Positions 35,156-43,864 of a stretch of 50,594 nt of DNA are shown here, piece by piece. The notes under the pieces were generated by a model that saw only the letters and a program-made list of their open reading frames with translations, ran no database searches and was not told the origin of the DNA. Location of the stretch: positions 1 to 50,594 of IMG/VR virus record IMGVR_UViG_3300030060_001384. One strand, written 5' to 3'. The translations under genes were made by a program, and so were the position numbers. The stretch is from a virus (Duplodnaviria > Caudoviricetes). Position 1 is the first letter of the stretch. Each line of letters opens with the position of its first letter.

Positions 35156-37148
35156 CGATATCATTGCAGGAGAGTTGGGGGGTAGAGGTGCCGCTGCTTT
35201 GGTAGAGCGCACTCCTGTACCTAAAACGCCGTCAGCACAGGCTAGGCGACCTACTCCCGGTCCAATGGCTGCTCCTGATTTTCCAATGGGATATCGTAGC
35301 CCTTCACTAGAAGACAGCACAGACGTGCAACCTGCAACGCCTTTTGATCGCGATGACGATGATGATGGTCCCACAGGTGGAACAAGATACCCAGTGACCC
35401 AAGGAAGAGGTCCCGTATTTAACATATCTGTAGTCACACCGATGTCTAGCGCCCGACGCGCAGAAATAGACAGCAGAAATCAACGACTAGATGTGCAATT
35501 TGGTCAAGGTCTAGTCGGTATGAAGGACATTTATAATCCTGCTACGGGAAGGTATGCTGCGTCAGCACCTAAAATGGGCCTATTCGGAGTTCCTTTACTT
35601 GGTATAGGAGCAATGCTCGGCGATGCGTTTATGAAAAAGAAACAAAAAGAGGCTGCTTTATCTGCTGCCATGGGTAACGAAAACAGCGGCGTTATCATGG
35701 TAAACGATTCCGTAATTGCTGTCGTTGATGGTAAAGTATACGGCAATACACCTGATCATATACCTCGCCATCAAGTACAAAACGCTATTCGAGACTTTGT
35801 TAGAAATACACCAGCGTCCAAAAAGTCTGGAGACTATTATGATATTAGTCAGGGCGGACTAGGCAAAATTCCTCTTCCACAAAGTCCAGAAGAACAAAAT
35901 AGACCCATCATACCTCCACCTCCTCCTCCTCCGGCACCGCCGCCTGCCCCTTTCTACGAAGCAGGGCGCAGCGATGACTCTGATCGCAATTACGGTCGAA
36001 CTGAATATTCTATTAGCGGCGGTGCTGGGACATCACAAAAACCGGGTGGTTTTTCCATGAGAGCCGAGGGCGGTAGTGTGGAAATGGCCCGTGGGGGTAG
36101 TGCTGATCCTGTGCAGGGTAACGGTTTTGTAGACGGCTCTCCTGACAACTACACTAAATCCCAGACTGTAGCCGATGACGAGTATCGTCGATTACGTCCG
36201 GGATCATTTGTGATGAACGCGCCCATGACAGAAAAACTGCAAGAAGCAGGGGTGTTACCAACAGGGGTTGACAATCCAGCTAAAAAGAGTACAATAAAAG
36301 TAAACAAAGGCGGCATGATTGATGTTGCTTTGTCCAAAGGCGAATACGTCTTTGAGCCAGAAGAAGCCGAAGAAATTGGCTACGACGTTCTCAACAAGTT
36401 AAATGATCAGGGCAAAGCCGAGGTAGATCGTCGGCAAGCTTTGCAGGGAGGCGGAGAGCCACAACCTGCTGGCACTGACCTGTCTCGTATTCCTCCACTT
36501 GCTGCAGGTCTTCGTCCGAAGATTAAAAGAGATACTAAGCCAGAGGGCTTTATTTCTACACAATCTGCTACGCAAGATACCGGCATTCCGCCACTGCTTA
36601 TCAATGGGATCAACGTCGAGCAAGTTGGAAAAGCGTTGTCTCTCGTCGAAACGAGAGGATACGAAGATCGTAACGACGGCTACTTCTATACCCGTGCAGA
36701 TACTAAGAGCAATCCGTCATCTGCCTTTGGGCCTCTGCAGATCACAGGCGACACACTCGCTGCTATGTTGGAAGAATCGGATGAACTTCGTATCCAAATG
36801 AATGAAGACATCAATCCGGGTTTTGCTAACTACCTTGAGAGATATGCAACAGACGCACGTAATAGAACTAACTTTCGAGCGTTTGGATTAATATACGAAG
36901 GCGAAAAGGGCAAGAAAGCGAAGGGACGTGCGCCTACTGCAGCAGAAAAAGAGATGTACAAAGGCTTAGGCGCAGGATCGATTTCTCTGGAAGATCACAA
37001 GAAATATTACCCTCTTCTTGCAAACATATATTTACGTTACAAAGCCGGAATGAGCGACTCCGAAGAAGATATGGTGCGGAGACATTTCGGTAACGACAAA
37101 TCTACACAGAAATACCGTGATGCTAAAATTGAACTCGGTATTAACTGA
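35142..37148 (+). CDS. Virion protein with Pro-rich linker and C-terminal lysozyme/transglycosylase-like domain
   Basis: Poly-Pro tract, DVALSKGEYV motif, LSLVETRG..SSAFGPLQIT. Confidence 0.6.
   Translation: MTILSDIIAGELGGRGAAALVERTPVPKTPSAQARRPTPGPMAAPDFPMGYRSPSLEDSTDVQPATPFDRDDDDDGPTGGTRYPVTQGRGPVFNISVVTPMSSARRAEIDSRNQRLDVQFGQGLVGMKDIYNPATGRYAASAPKMGLFGVPLLGIGAMLGDAFMKKKQKEAALSAAMGNENSGVIMVNDSVIAVVDGKVYGNTPDHIPRHQVQNAIRDFVRNTPASKKSGDYYDISQGGLGKIPLPQSPEEQNRPIIPPPPPPPAPPPAPFYEAGRSDDSDRNYGRTEYSISGGAGTSQKPGGFSMRAEGGSVEMARGGSADPVQGNGFVDGSPDNYTKSQTVADDEYRRLRPGSFVMNAPMTEKLQEAGVLPTGVDNPAKKSTIKVNKGGMIDVALSKGEYVFEPEEAEEIGYDVLNKLNDQGKAEVDRRQALQGGGEPQPAGTDLSRIPPLAAGLRPKIKRDTKPEGFISTQSATQDTGIPPLLINGINVEQVGKALSLVETRGYEDRNDGYFYTRADTKSNPSSAFGPLQITGDTLAAMLEESDELRIQMNEDINPGFANYLERYATDARNRTNFRAFGLIYEGEKGKKAKGRAPTAAEKEMYKGLGAGSISLEDHKKYYPLLANIYLRYKAGMSDSEEDMVRRHFGNDKSTQKYRDAKIELGIN
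36268..36295 (+). promoter_or_regulatory. Internal sigma70-like promoter
   Basis: TTGACA-N16-TACAAT within ORF 35142..37148. Confidence 0.45.
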
Positions 37149-37152
37149 TTAG

Positions 37153-37219
37153 TCAGCTACCCGCCAGTGCGGCCCTGACACAACCGGAGCGGCTACCTAC
37201 ACGCCAAAGTAGCCCCGCT
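37153..37219 (+). promoter_or_regulatory. Structured leader of the scaffold gene
   Basis: Two hairpins (GTCAG..CTGAC; AGCGGCTAC..GTAGCCCCGCT), each containing GCTACC, adjacent to the RBS. Confidence 0.45.
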
Positions 37220-37234
37220 AATGAGGTAAATAAA

Positions 37235-38113
37235 ATGGCAAAAAAAGTTCGAGGCCACCGTGCCAACAAACCCAATGATTCCTTTGGAACAATCAACAGC
37301 GAAACTCTTTACAAAGGTGCCTACCGCGAGGAGGTATATCAAGACGAAGACGAAGAAGCTGTAGAACAACACGCGGAGCAATCCGAGTCGGATGAGCAAT
37401 CCGAACCAAATTTTGCACAGGGTGCAGAGAAAGCGGAACACGACTACAAGAAGCGTTACGATGATCTCAAAAAGCACTACGACGCAAAGGTGAGTGAGTT
37501 CAAGGCAAAAGAACAAGAAATGACGGCGACCCTTTCCGAAGCTACTCGCCAACAGAACATTTCTTTGCCCAAGTCTGCTGAAGAACTAGAAGAATTCAAG
37601 CAACAGTATCCTGATGTCTACGATGTTGTGGAAACGATTGCAACGATGAAAGCTGGTGAACGTGCAGGAGAACTTGAAAAAGAACTCGAAACAATCCGCG
37701 AGAAGGAACAGAATACACGGGTTCAAGCGGCATACCAAGAACTAACAAACAAACATCCGGACTTCAATGAACTACGTACGGATGAGCGTTTTCTCCAGTG
37801 GCTAGAAGAACAACCCGAAAACATCTCGGATGGCATCCTGAAGAACAACACTGACGCTCGTTGGGCGTCTCGTGTTCTTGACCTTTACAAGGTTGATGCT
37901 GGCATCACCACAAAGAAGCGTACTAGGAAGAGCGAGTCTGCTGCAGCGGCTGTAAACTCTCCAAAGGCACGTGACATTACAGGTGAAGCAAAGGGAACTG
38001 ATCGGATTTGGAAAGCCTCTGAAATCGGTCGAATGAAGCCATGGGAGTTCGAGAAGCACGAAGCTGAACTCGACGCCGCACGGGAAGAAGGCCGAATAGA
38101 CTACAGTAACTAA
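37235..38113 (+). CDS. Capsid scaffolding protein
   Basis: Acidic coiled coil, YKKRYDDLKKHYD, HPDF, C-terminal AREEGRI; upstream of MCP. Confidence 0.85.
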   Translation: MAKKVRGHRANKPNDSFGTINSETLYKGAYREEVYQDEDEEAVEQHAEQSESDEQSEPNFAQGAEKAEHDYKKRYDDLKKHYDAKVSEFKAKEQEMTATLSEATRQQNISLPKSAEELEEFKQQYPDVYDVVETIATMKAGERAGELEKELETIREKEQNTRVQAAYQELTNKHPDFNELRTDERFLQWLEEQPENISDGILKNNTDARWASRVLDLYKVDAGITTKKRTRKSESAAAAVNSPKARDITGEAKGTDRIWKASEIGRMKPWEFEKHEAELDAAREEGRIDYSN

Positions 38114-38139
38114 ACCTCAACAAAGGAAGGAACAGACCA

Positions 38140-39114
38140 ATGGCTTTTGGTACTGCTGCAGGTTATGGTAACCTGCCTTCCGGTAACTTTACACCGGAAA
38201 TCTTTAGCCAAAAGGTTCTCAAATTCTTCCGTCGCGCTTCGGTTGTAGAAGACATTACGAATACCGACTACGCTGGCGAAATTGAGAACTTTGGCGACAC
38301 CGTCCGCATTATCAAGGAGCCGACAATCACCGTCTCCTCGTATACTCGCGGCTCGGTTATCAACGCGCAAGACCTTGCTGACGATCAGATCACCATGGTG
38401 GTCGATCAGGCAAATGCTTTCTCGTTTAAGATTGACGACATTGAAGAGCGTCAGTCTCACGTCAACTTCGAAGCACTTGCTACCTCTTCGGGAGCATTCT
38501 CCCTGAAGCGGAAGTACGATGCTAACGTCCTTGACATCATGGCAACTGACGCAGGTCTCAACGGTGAATCCACTGCTACCACCACCCAAATCTCGGGTAT
38601 CGGTACGCTCGGTTCCGCCCTTGATATCGGTGGTGCATCCAGCCCCGGCGATACTGCTGTCAACACCATGCTGAAGATGGCAGAGGCACTCGACAACGAA
38701 TCGGTTCCGGAAGAGAACCGCTGGTTCGTTGCTCCCCCAGCATTCTACAAGCACCTCTTCTCGGCTGGTGCGAAGTTCGCAGAAGTTCAGGTAACTGGCG
38801 ATGCAACTTCCCCGCTGCGTAACGGTCTTGTTTCGCTGGGCAACATTGCTGGCTTCCAGTGTTACAAGTCCACCGCTCTCGTTTCGAACGCGGGTACGGA
38901 TCAGGTAACGCTGACTGGCCTTGCTACGGACGGCTCTGAGAACGTGATTCTCGGTGGTCACATGTCCTCAACGGCTACCGCTTCGCACATTGCGAAGACC
39001 GAGGTTGTCCGTTCGACTGAAACCTTCAGCGACATCGTTCGCGGTCTGCATGTCTTTGGTCGGAAAGTTCTCCGTCCGGAAGCCATCGTCCGTGGCGTTG
39101 TTAGCCTCGACTAG
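38140..39114 (+). CDS. Major capsid protein
   Basis: NFTPEIFS, GEIENFGDTVRI, FKIDDIE, VPEENRWFV, GLHVFGRKVLRPEA. Confidence 0.92.
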   Translation: MAFGTAAGYGNLPSGNFTPEIFSQKVLKFFRRASVVEDITNTDYAGEIENFGDTVRIIKEPTITVSSYTRGSVINAQDLADDQITMVVDQANAFSFKIDDIEERQSHVNFEALATSSGAFSLKRKYDANVLDIMATDAGLNGESTATTTQISGIGTLGSALDIGGASSPGDTAVNTMLKMAEALDNESVPEENRWFVAPPAFYKHLFSAGAKFAEVQVTGDATSPLRNGLVSLGNIAGFQCYKSTALVSNAGTDQVTLTGLATDGSENVILGGHMSSTATASHIAKTEVVRSTETFSDIVRGLHVFGRKVLRPEAIVRGVVSLD

Positions 39115-39130
39115 TAGGGAGGACTGAGTA

Positions 39131-39598
39131 ATGGCTACTTATGATCGTACTATTACCGGCGGCGGTACTGTAGGACATCCGGGCAATCTGCCCCGTCCGT
39201 ACATCGTCACCTCCCCGGTCTACGACGCGGTGGATAACACCTCGCTTGCTGGCGCTGACATCGTCAAGCTCATCGATCTGCCTGCAGATACGATGGTAAT
39301 CGGCGGCTGTATCGAAGTCCTTGAGGCTTCGGGCAACTCGTCCGTGACGCTCGACGTAGGCACCAGCGATGATGTTGACGCCTTCGTTGACGGTGGCGCA
39401 AGTAACGCTGCCGCAATCCTTCAGTTCAACCTGAAGGCTACGGCAAACAACATGGTTACTTCCGCTGACTCTGTTCAGGTGACTGTGCTTGACTCCGGAT
39501 CATCCGGTACGACTGCACTGCGTTTCCGTGTACACGCCGTCCTGTGCGACGTGTCGCAGAACCCTGTTGAGTCTGCTACCGTTTCGACTGGAACATAA
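39131..39598 (+). CDS. Putative capsid decoration/minor capsid protein
   Basis: Follows MCP before a terminator; beta-rich LPADTMV..TLDVG..DAFVDG. Confidence 0.65.
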   Translation: MATYDRTITGGGTVGHPGNLPRPYIVTSPVYDAVDNTSLAGADIVKLIDLPADTMVIGGCIEVLEASGNSSVTLDVGTSDDVDAFVDGGASNAAAILQFNLKATANNMVTSADSVQVTVLDSGSSGTTALRFRVHAVLCDVSQNPVESATVSTGT

Positions 39599-39606
39599 TA
39601 ACCCAT

Positions 39607-39640
39607 GTCAGGGGGGCGTCTTGCCCCCTTGACCCTTTTA
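39607..39640 (+). terminator. Intrinsic terminator after the capsid genes
   Basis: GTCAGGGGGGC-GTCTT-GCCCCCTTGAC then CCTTTTA; overlaps a possible TTGACC-N17-TATAAG promoter. Confidence 0.7.
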
Positions 39641-39695
39641 CTTATATATGATATAAGCAGGAACCCCTGCCGGGAAAATGACAGGAGTCTGGCTT

Positions 39696-40382
39696 ATGAA
39701 CTATATAACAAGCAACGTACCCTACTTCAAAGCATGGGTACGTAGAGAATACACAACGAATCACGACCGCTATCAGGGTGAATTTCTACACGCAATGGTG
39801 ATAGCAGTCACGACTCTGCCGATGCGTACCCTATCCTTTCAGGTGTTGTTTACAGGGTGTGACGAGGAAGAGAATGTACATGGCGGTGCAATGTGGGCAC
39901 GTATGCCTCTCACAGCACTCGTAGGTGACACGCCCTTCGATGAATGGCCCGAACCTATGCCAACGTACTTAGCCCAGCCGTGGGACTGTCAGTCACATCA
40001 CCACTCGGTGTTTGTATTGAACAGAGCCACACCGTGTCCGTGGTTGGCAAAGATAGACGGAGAGTTCTATCCTGCCAAGTACTACTTCACAGTAGACTAC
40101 ACAGACACAGAAGTAGCAGATGACCCTGCACAACACAAACAGAGTCATGTGCTAGAACTACTCGATGCGGGTAAATGGACAGGCAACATCGTTGCATTAC
40201 CTAACAACAGAGTACGAGTCACCAACCCTGCGTGGTTTGTGACAGGCGAAGGACCACCAGACTTTGCTCCAAGTCAGTGGGTCCACCACTCGAAACAAGA
40301 CCCGAACTACGTAAGTGACACGGCACGGGTATTCGACAACCTCTATGCGGAGAGCGATTATGAAGAAGATGATGAAGAGTAA
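39696..40382 (+). CDS. Conserved hypothetical phage protein
   Basis: RBS AGGAG; VRREY, GGAMWARMP, QPWDC, HKQSH, ALPNNRVR. Confidence 0.75.
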   Translation: MNYITSNVPYFKAWVRREYTTNHDRYQGEFLHAMVIAVTTLPMRTLSFQVLFTGCDEEENVHGGAMWARMPLTALVGDTPFDEWPEPMPTYLAQPWDCQSHHHSVFVLNRATPCPWLAKIDGEFYPAKYYFTVDYTDTEVADDPAQHKQSHVLELLDAGKWTGNIVALPNNRVRVTNPAWFVTGEGPPDFAPSQWVHHSKQDPNYVSDTARVFDNLYAESDYEEDDEE

Positions 40383-40590
40383 GGGCATGAAGCGCGGCGG
40401 CAAGATGAAAGCCAAAGGTATGGCTAAGGGCGGTATGCGCGGTGGCCGGAAAATGATGATGAAGAAGGGCGGCAAGGCTATGAAGGCCAAGGGCATGGCA
40501 AAGGGTGGTAAGCGCGGTGGCGCAATGACCCTTGCATCGATCCGTGCTGCTGCCAAAGCAAAGGGCTACAAGCTCGTAAAGATGGCGTAG
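40360..40590 (+). CDS. Very basic M/K/G repeat protein
   Basis: RBS GGAGAG; KGMAKGG / MKKGG repeats. Confidence 0.7.
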   Translation: MKKMMKSKGMKRGGKMKAKGMAKGGMRGGRKMMMKKGGKAMKAKGMAKGGKRGGAMTLASIRAAAKAKGYKLVKMA

Positions 40591-40594
40591 TCAA

Positions 40595-40744
40595 ATGGCA
40601 CGTCGCGGACTATATGCCAACATTGCAGCCAAGCGTCGTCGTATCAAAGCCGGTAGCGGCGAGAAGATGCGTAAGGCTGGCAGCAAGGGCGCACCAACAA
40701 CCGGCAACTTCAAGCGTGCTGCACAAACTGCAAGGAAGAGATGA
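40595..40744 (+). CDS. Small basic protein (49 aa, not in ORF track)
   Basis: MARRGLYANIAAKRRRIKAGSGEKMRKAGSKGAPTTGNFKRAAQTARKR; fills the gap, coupled downstream. Confidence 0.75.
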   Translation: MARRGLYANIAAKRRRIKAGSGEKMRKAGSKGAPTTGNFKRAAQTARKR

Positions 40745-41028
40745 TGGCACGCAAAGCCGACAAGATGCCAGCCCGTAACAAAAAAAACTTTCGACCAACG
40801 AAAGCAGGGGCTGGCATGACTAAGGCCGGAGTGGCTGCGTATCGTCGCAAGAACCCCGGTTCTAAGTTGAAGACTGCAGTCACAGGCAAAGTCAAGCCCG
40901 GAAGCAAGGATGCCAAACGTCGTAAATCGTTCTGTGCGCGTTCTGCTGGGCAGATGAAGAAGTTTCCAAAGGCTGCAAAGAATCCGAATAGCCGCCTACG
41001 ACAGGCGCGGAAGAGGTGGAAATGCTAA
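40744..41028 (+). CDS. Small basic protein, DUF6321-like
   Basis: GMTKAGVAAYRRKNPGSKLKTAVT..RRKSFCARS..RKRWKC. Confidence 0.75.
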   Translation: MARKADKMPARNKKNFRPTKAGAGMTKAGVAAYRRKNPGSKLKTAVTGKVKPGSKDAKRRKSFCARSAGQMKKFPKAAKNPNSRLRQARKRWKC

Positions 41029-41405
41029 CTGCATTGATCGGCCCGATAGCAAATCTAGCTGGTACGTGGCTAGAGGGCAAGGTCGAAAAGACGAAAGCCG
41101 AGACAGGGGCCAAAGTCGCAAGGGCAAAAGCCGAAGCGACCATCATGGAAAAGAAGGCCACGGGGGAACTCGAATGGGACTTGGAAATGGCACGTGGAAG
41201 CCAGTCATCGTGGAAAGACGAGTGGCTGGTCATTTTGTTTTCGGTGCCGTTGATCCTTGCGTTCATACCGGGCATGGAGGGAGTCGTAGCTAATGGATTC
41301 CAGCAACTCGAAGCTATGCCGCAATGGTATCAATATTCTCTGGGGGTTATCGTTGCTGCCTCATTTGGCGTTCGTAGCGCTACTAAATTCTTTGGGAAGA
41401 AGTAA
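41016..41405 (+). CDS. Holin (3TM, GTA-type-like)
   Basis: SSWKDEW, two C-terminal TM segments, MPQWYQ, ASFGVR; upstream of lysozyme. Confidence 0.75.
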   Translation: MEMLTALIGPIANLAGTWLEGKVEKTKAETGAKVARAKAEATIMEKKATGELEWDLEMARGSQSSWKDEWLVILFSVPLILAFIPGMEGVVANGFQQLEAMPQWYQYSLGVIVAASFGVRSATKFFGKK

Positions 41406-41407
41406 GT

Positions 41408-41614
41408 ATGGCCGAAGTTACGATGGAGCGCATACTGAAGTGGAAGATACTCCCCCGTTTGATGATGCTGGGGATGTCGATCTCGGCATGGCGCGTGGTG
41501 GAGTGGTTCATGGGGCTGTCGGACCCGACAAGTCAACAGGCTGCACTTGTAAGTGTGGTGACGGGGGCGATGACGGGAGCGTTCGCAGTGTGGATGGGAC
41601 ATGAGGCAAAGTGA
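41408..41614 (+). CDS. Small two-TM membrane protein (lysis module)
   Basis: ILPRLMM..WFM.L.DPT.QQAALVS. Confidence 0.7.
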   Translation: MAEVTMERILKWKILPRLMMLGMSISAWRVVEWFMGLSDPTSQQAALVSVVTGAMTGAFAVWMGHEAK

Positions 41615-42132
41615 TGATGAATGCACACAATGTAATTCCTAAAATGAAATACGACATAAATACATTTGTAAACAAGGTTCGCGTACACGAAGGCTTGGTC
41701 CTTACGGTGTACAAGGACACCCTCGGCATCGACACTATTGGTATCGGGCGCAATTTAAAAGACCGAGGAATCAGTAAAGAAGAACTCGATCACATGGACA
41801 TTCCCTCCATGGATGCTGTCTACGAACACGGCATCACAGAAGAGGATGCGTATTATCTTGCCACCAACGACATTGCAATCGTGGAGAAGGAACTAGCACG
41901 GGCCAAGCCCTGTGTGTACGATCTCGACGCTGTGCGGCAACTGATCGTGATGGATATGGCATTCAATATGGGCGTGCCACGCCTCTGCAAATTCAAGAAG
42001 ATGTGGGCTGCTATCGAGGCGAAAGACTTCGACACCGCATCCGTCGAGATGCTCGATTCGCGCTGGGCACGGCAGGTCAAATCACGGGCGACGAAACTCT
42101 CGGACGCCATGAAGACAGGAGAATTCGCATGA
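41611..42132 (+). CDS. Endolysin, T4-like lysozyme (GH24)
   Basis: HEG..YKDTLG..TIGIG catalytic E/D/T, MAFNMG, EMLDSRWARQV; true start may be 41644. Confidence 0.92.
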   Translation: MMMNAHNVIPKMKYDINTFVNKVRVHEGLVLTVYKDTLGIDTIGIGRNLKDRGISKEELDHMDIPSMDAVYEHGITEEDAYYLATNDIAIVEKELARAKPCVYDLDAVRQLIVMDMAFNMGVPRLCKFKKMWAAIEAKDFDTASVEMLDSRWARQVKSRATKLSDAMKTGEFA

Positions 42133-42443
42133 GCGAAGCACGAGGAAGACAGGCGCAGGATAGTGCAGAAAAAAGTGTGTTTTCTGGCAGACCGCTAACA
42201 AAAGGTGAAAAACAAGCAGCAGTTGGTCTGATAACAGGCGCAACTGTTGGAGGGATGGCAGGCATAGCTGCTTTAGATATTTCCCAAGATAAAAAGCGAA
42301 GAGAGCGCATTGATAAAGAAGCAAGACGCCGTAACGAAGAAATAAAAAGAAAGTATCGCGGTGGCGGCGGTGGCGGAGGTCTTTACGTGACTCCAGACGC
42401 AGCTACCAAACGAGATGTCACCAAGAGGTTCAAGAAGAACTGA
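42129..42443 (+). CDS. Hypothetical protein
   Basis: RBS AGGAG, ATG 42129; RGRQAQDSAEK, G-rich hydrophobic segment. Confidence 0.6.
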   Translation: MSEARGRQAQDSAEKSVFSGRPLTKGEKQAAVGLITGATVGGMAGIAALDISQDKKRRERIDKEARRRNEEIKRKYRGGGGGGGLYVTPDAATKRDVTKRFKKN

Positions 42444-42631
42444 TGCAAGATAAACCTTCTCGCGGAAGAAAAGCACAGCCTAGTGCAGAAAAACCTGCAA
42501 AACAACCCGGAGTGTATGAGATGCTGCACGACGATAAATATTATATGACAAACCCCCGTCGCGGAGGTGCTGTAGGCACAAAAATGAAAAAAGACCTTGC
42601 TAAAATGCTCGGCATTGTGAGGGACGTTTGA
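42443..42631 (+). CDS. Hypothetical protein
   Basis: TGATG-coupled; RGRKAQPSAEK. Confidence 0.6.
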   Translation: MQDKPSRGRKAQPSAEKPAKQPGVYEMLHDDKYYMTNPRRGGAVGTKMKKDLAKMLGIVRDV

Positions 42632-42984
42632 TGCCCCTAACAGACAAAGGCAAAAAGATCATGCAATCCATGAAACGCACATACGGGGGACGCAAGGGTG
42701 AACAAGTCTTCTACGCCACACGCAACGCTGGCAAAATCACGGGCGTTGAAAAGAAAGCGCAAGGTGGGACGGCTGGAACGCTTGGCCTCAAGAAAGGCGG
42801 TAAAGCGAAAAGCAAAAGTAGAGTTAATGAAGCTGGCAACTACACTAAGCCCGGAATGAGGAAGCGTATCTTCAACCGTATCAAAGCTGGTGGTAAGGGC
42901 GGACGCCCGGGACAGTGGTCGGCGCGTAAAGCCCAGATGCTTGCGTCAGCCTACAAAAAAGCAGGGGGCGGTTACAAAGACTAA
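42631..42984 (+). CDS. Basic two-domain protein (MPLT..VFYA module + GQWSARKAQ module)
   Basis: MPLTDKGKKI..GEQVFYA; YTKPGMRK..GQWSARKAQML..YKKAGGGY. Confidence 0.75.
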   Translation: MPLTDKGKKIMQSMKRTYGGRKGEQVFYATRNAGKITGVEKKAQGGTAGTLGLKKGGKAKSKSRVNEAGNYTKPGMRKRIFNRIKAGGKGGRPGQWSARKAQMLASAYKKAGGGYKD

Positions 42985-43172
42985 TGAAGCATGTCTTTCT
43001 CCTGTTTGTCTTTCTTGGCACAGGAGAGGACAAACGTCAAGTCAGTAGTGACATGTACTTCCGTGACTTAAACGAGTGCGTGTGGTTTGCACAAAAGCTC
43101 CACAAACAAGGAGAGAAGGTGACGGCATATTGCCTGCCTAAATTAGTTGATGAAAGTGTACGAGTCTACTGA
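42984..43172 (+). CDS. Small Cys-pair hypothetical protein
   Basis: Hydrophobic N-terminus, YFRDLNEC..AYCLP. Confidence 0.7.
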   Translation: MKHVFLLFVFLGTGEDKRQVSSDMYFRDLNECVWFAQKLHKQGEKVTAYCLPKLVDESVRVY

Positions 43173-43603
43173 TGCTTGCCGAACTTGCTGCTGCCAACGC
43201 TGCCTTTGCCGTGATCAAGACGGCTGTCCAGAATGGCAAGGACATAGCCGCTGCAGGGAGCGCGATTGCTAACTTTGTGGGCGCAAAGGAAGACCTGCAA
43301 CGCAAGGCAAGTAAGAAGGGCAACGGATCAGACTTAGAAGAGTTCATGGCTCTGGAACAAATACGGGAACAAGAAGAACAACTAAAACAGATTATGATAT
43401 ATGCTGGACGGCCCGGACTGTGGGGTGACTGGCAACGCTTCCAAGCAAAGGCACGGACAGCACGAAGAGAGGCAGAAATAGCAGCAGCCAAGCGTCGTAG
43501 AAAGATAATGGACTGGACTCTGATCACAGTAATATCGGCAGCACTCTTGGCAACACTCGTAGGATTTATCTTTTTACTGATGCACCATCAGGGCAAGTTA
43601 TAG
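43172..43603 (+). CDS. Hypothetical membrane-anchored protein
   Basis: Helical, C-terminal TM segment; TGATG-coupled. Confidence 0.7.
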   Translation: MLAELAAANAAFAVIKTAVQNGKDIAAAGSAIANFVGAKEDLQRKASKKGNGSDLEEFMALEQIREQEEQLKQIMIYAGRPGLWGDWQRFQAKARTARREAEIAAAKRRRKIMDWTLITVISAALLATLVGFIFLLMHHQGKL

Positions 43604-43612
43604 TGAGGGACA

Positions 43613-43864
43613 ATGCGTAACTTAGCAATACAGGCATTACAGCATAAATATCAGGCGGAGATGGCAGATGCAGAGTTTGTATTCCAAATTTATCTGGACA
43701 AGCCGGTGGGTATTGGTGAACATCCGGGTCTGCTGGAGGAGATGGACGCGGCGCTTACGAAATGGGGTGACGCGCAAGACAAACTAGCTGCACTCGCTAC
43801 TTTGACAATGGAGATAGAAGATGGCACTGAAAAAGAGCCAACGCTCTTTGAAGAGTTGGACTAA
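43613..43864 (+). CDS. Hypothetical protein
   Basis: RBS GAGGGA; PVGIGEHP motif. Confidence 0.7.
   Translation: MRNLAIQALQHKYQAEMADAEFVFQIYLDKPVGIGEHPGLLEEMDAALTKWGDAQDKLAALATLTMEIEDGTEKEPTLFEELD

Noticed and set aside
38110-38961. Long antisense ORFs opposite MCP (also 46613..47539 opposite the tail fibre)
   Set aside because: Shadow frames caused by codon bias of the sense genes; no RBS or motifs
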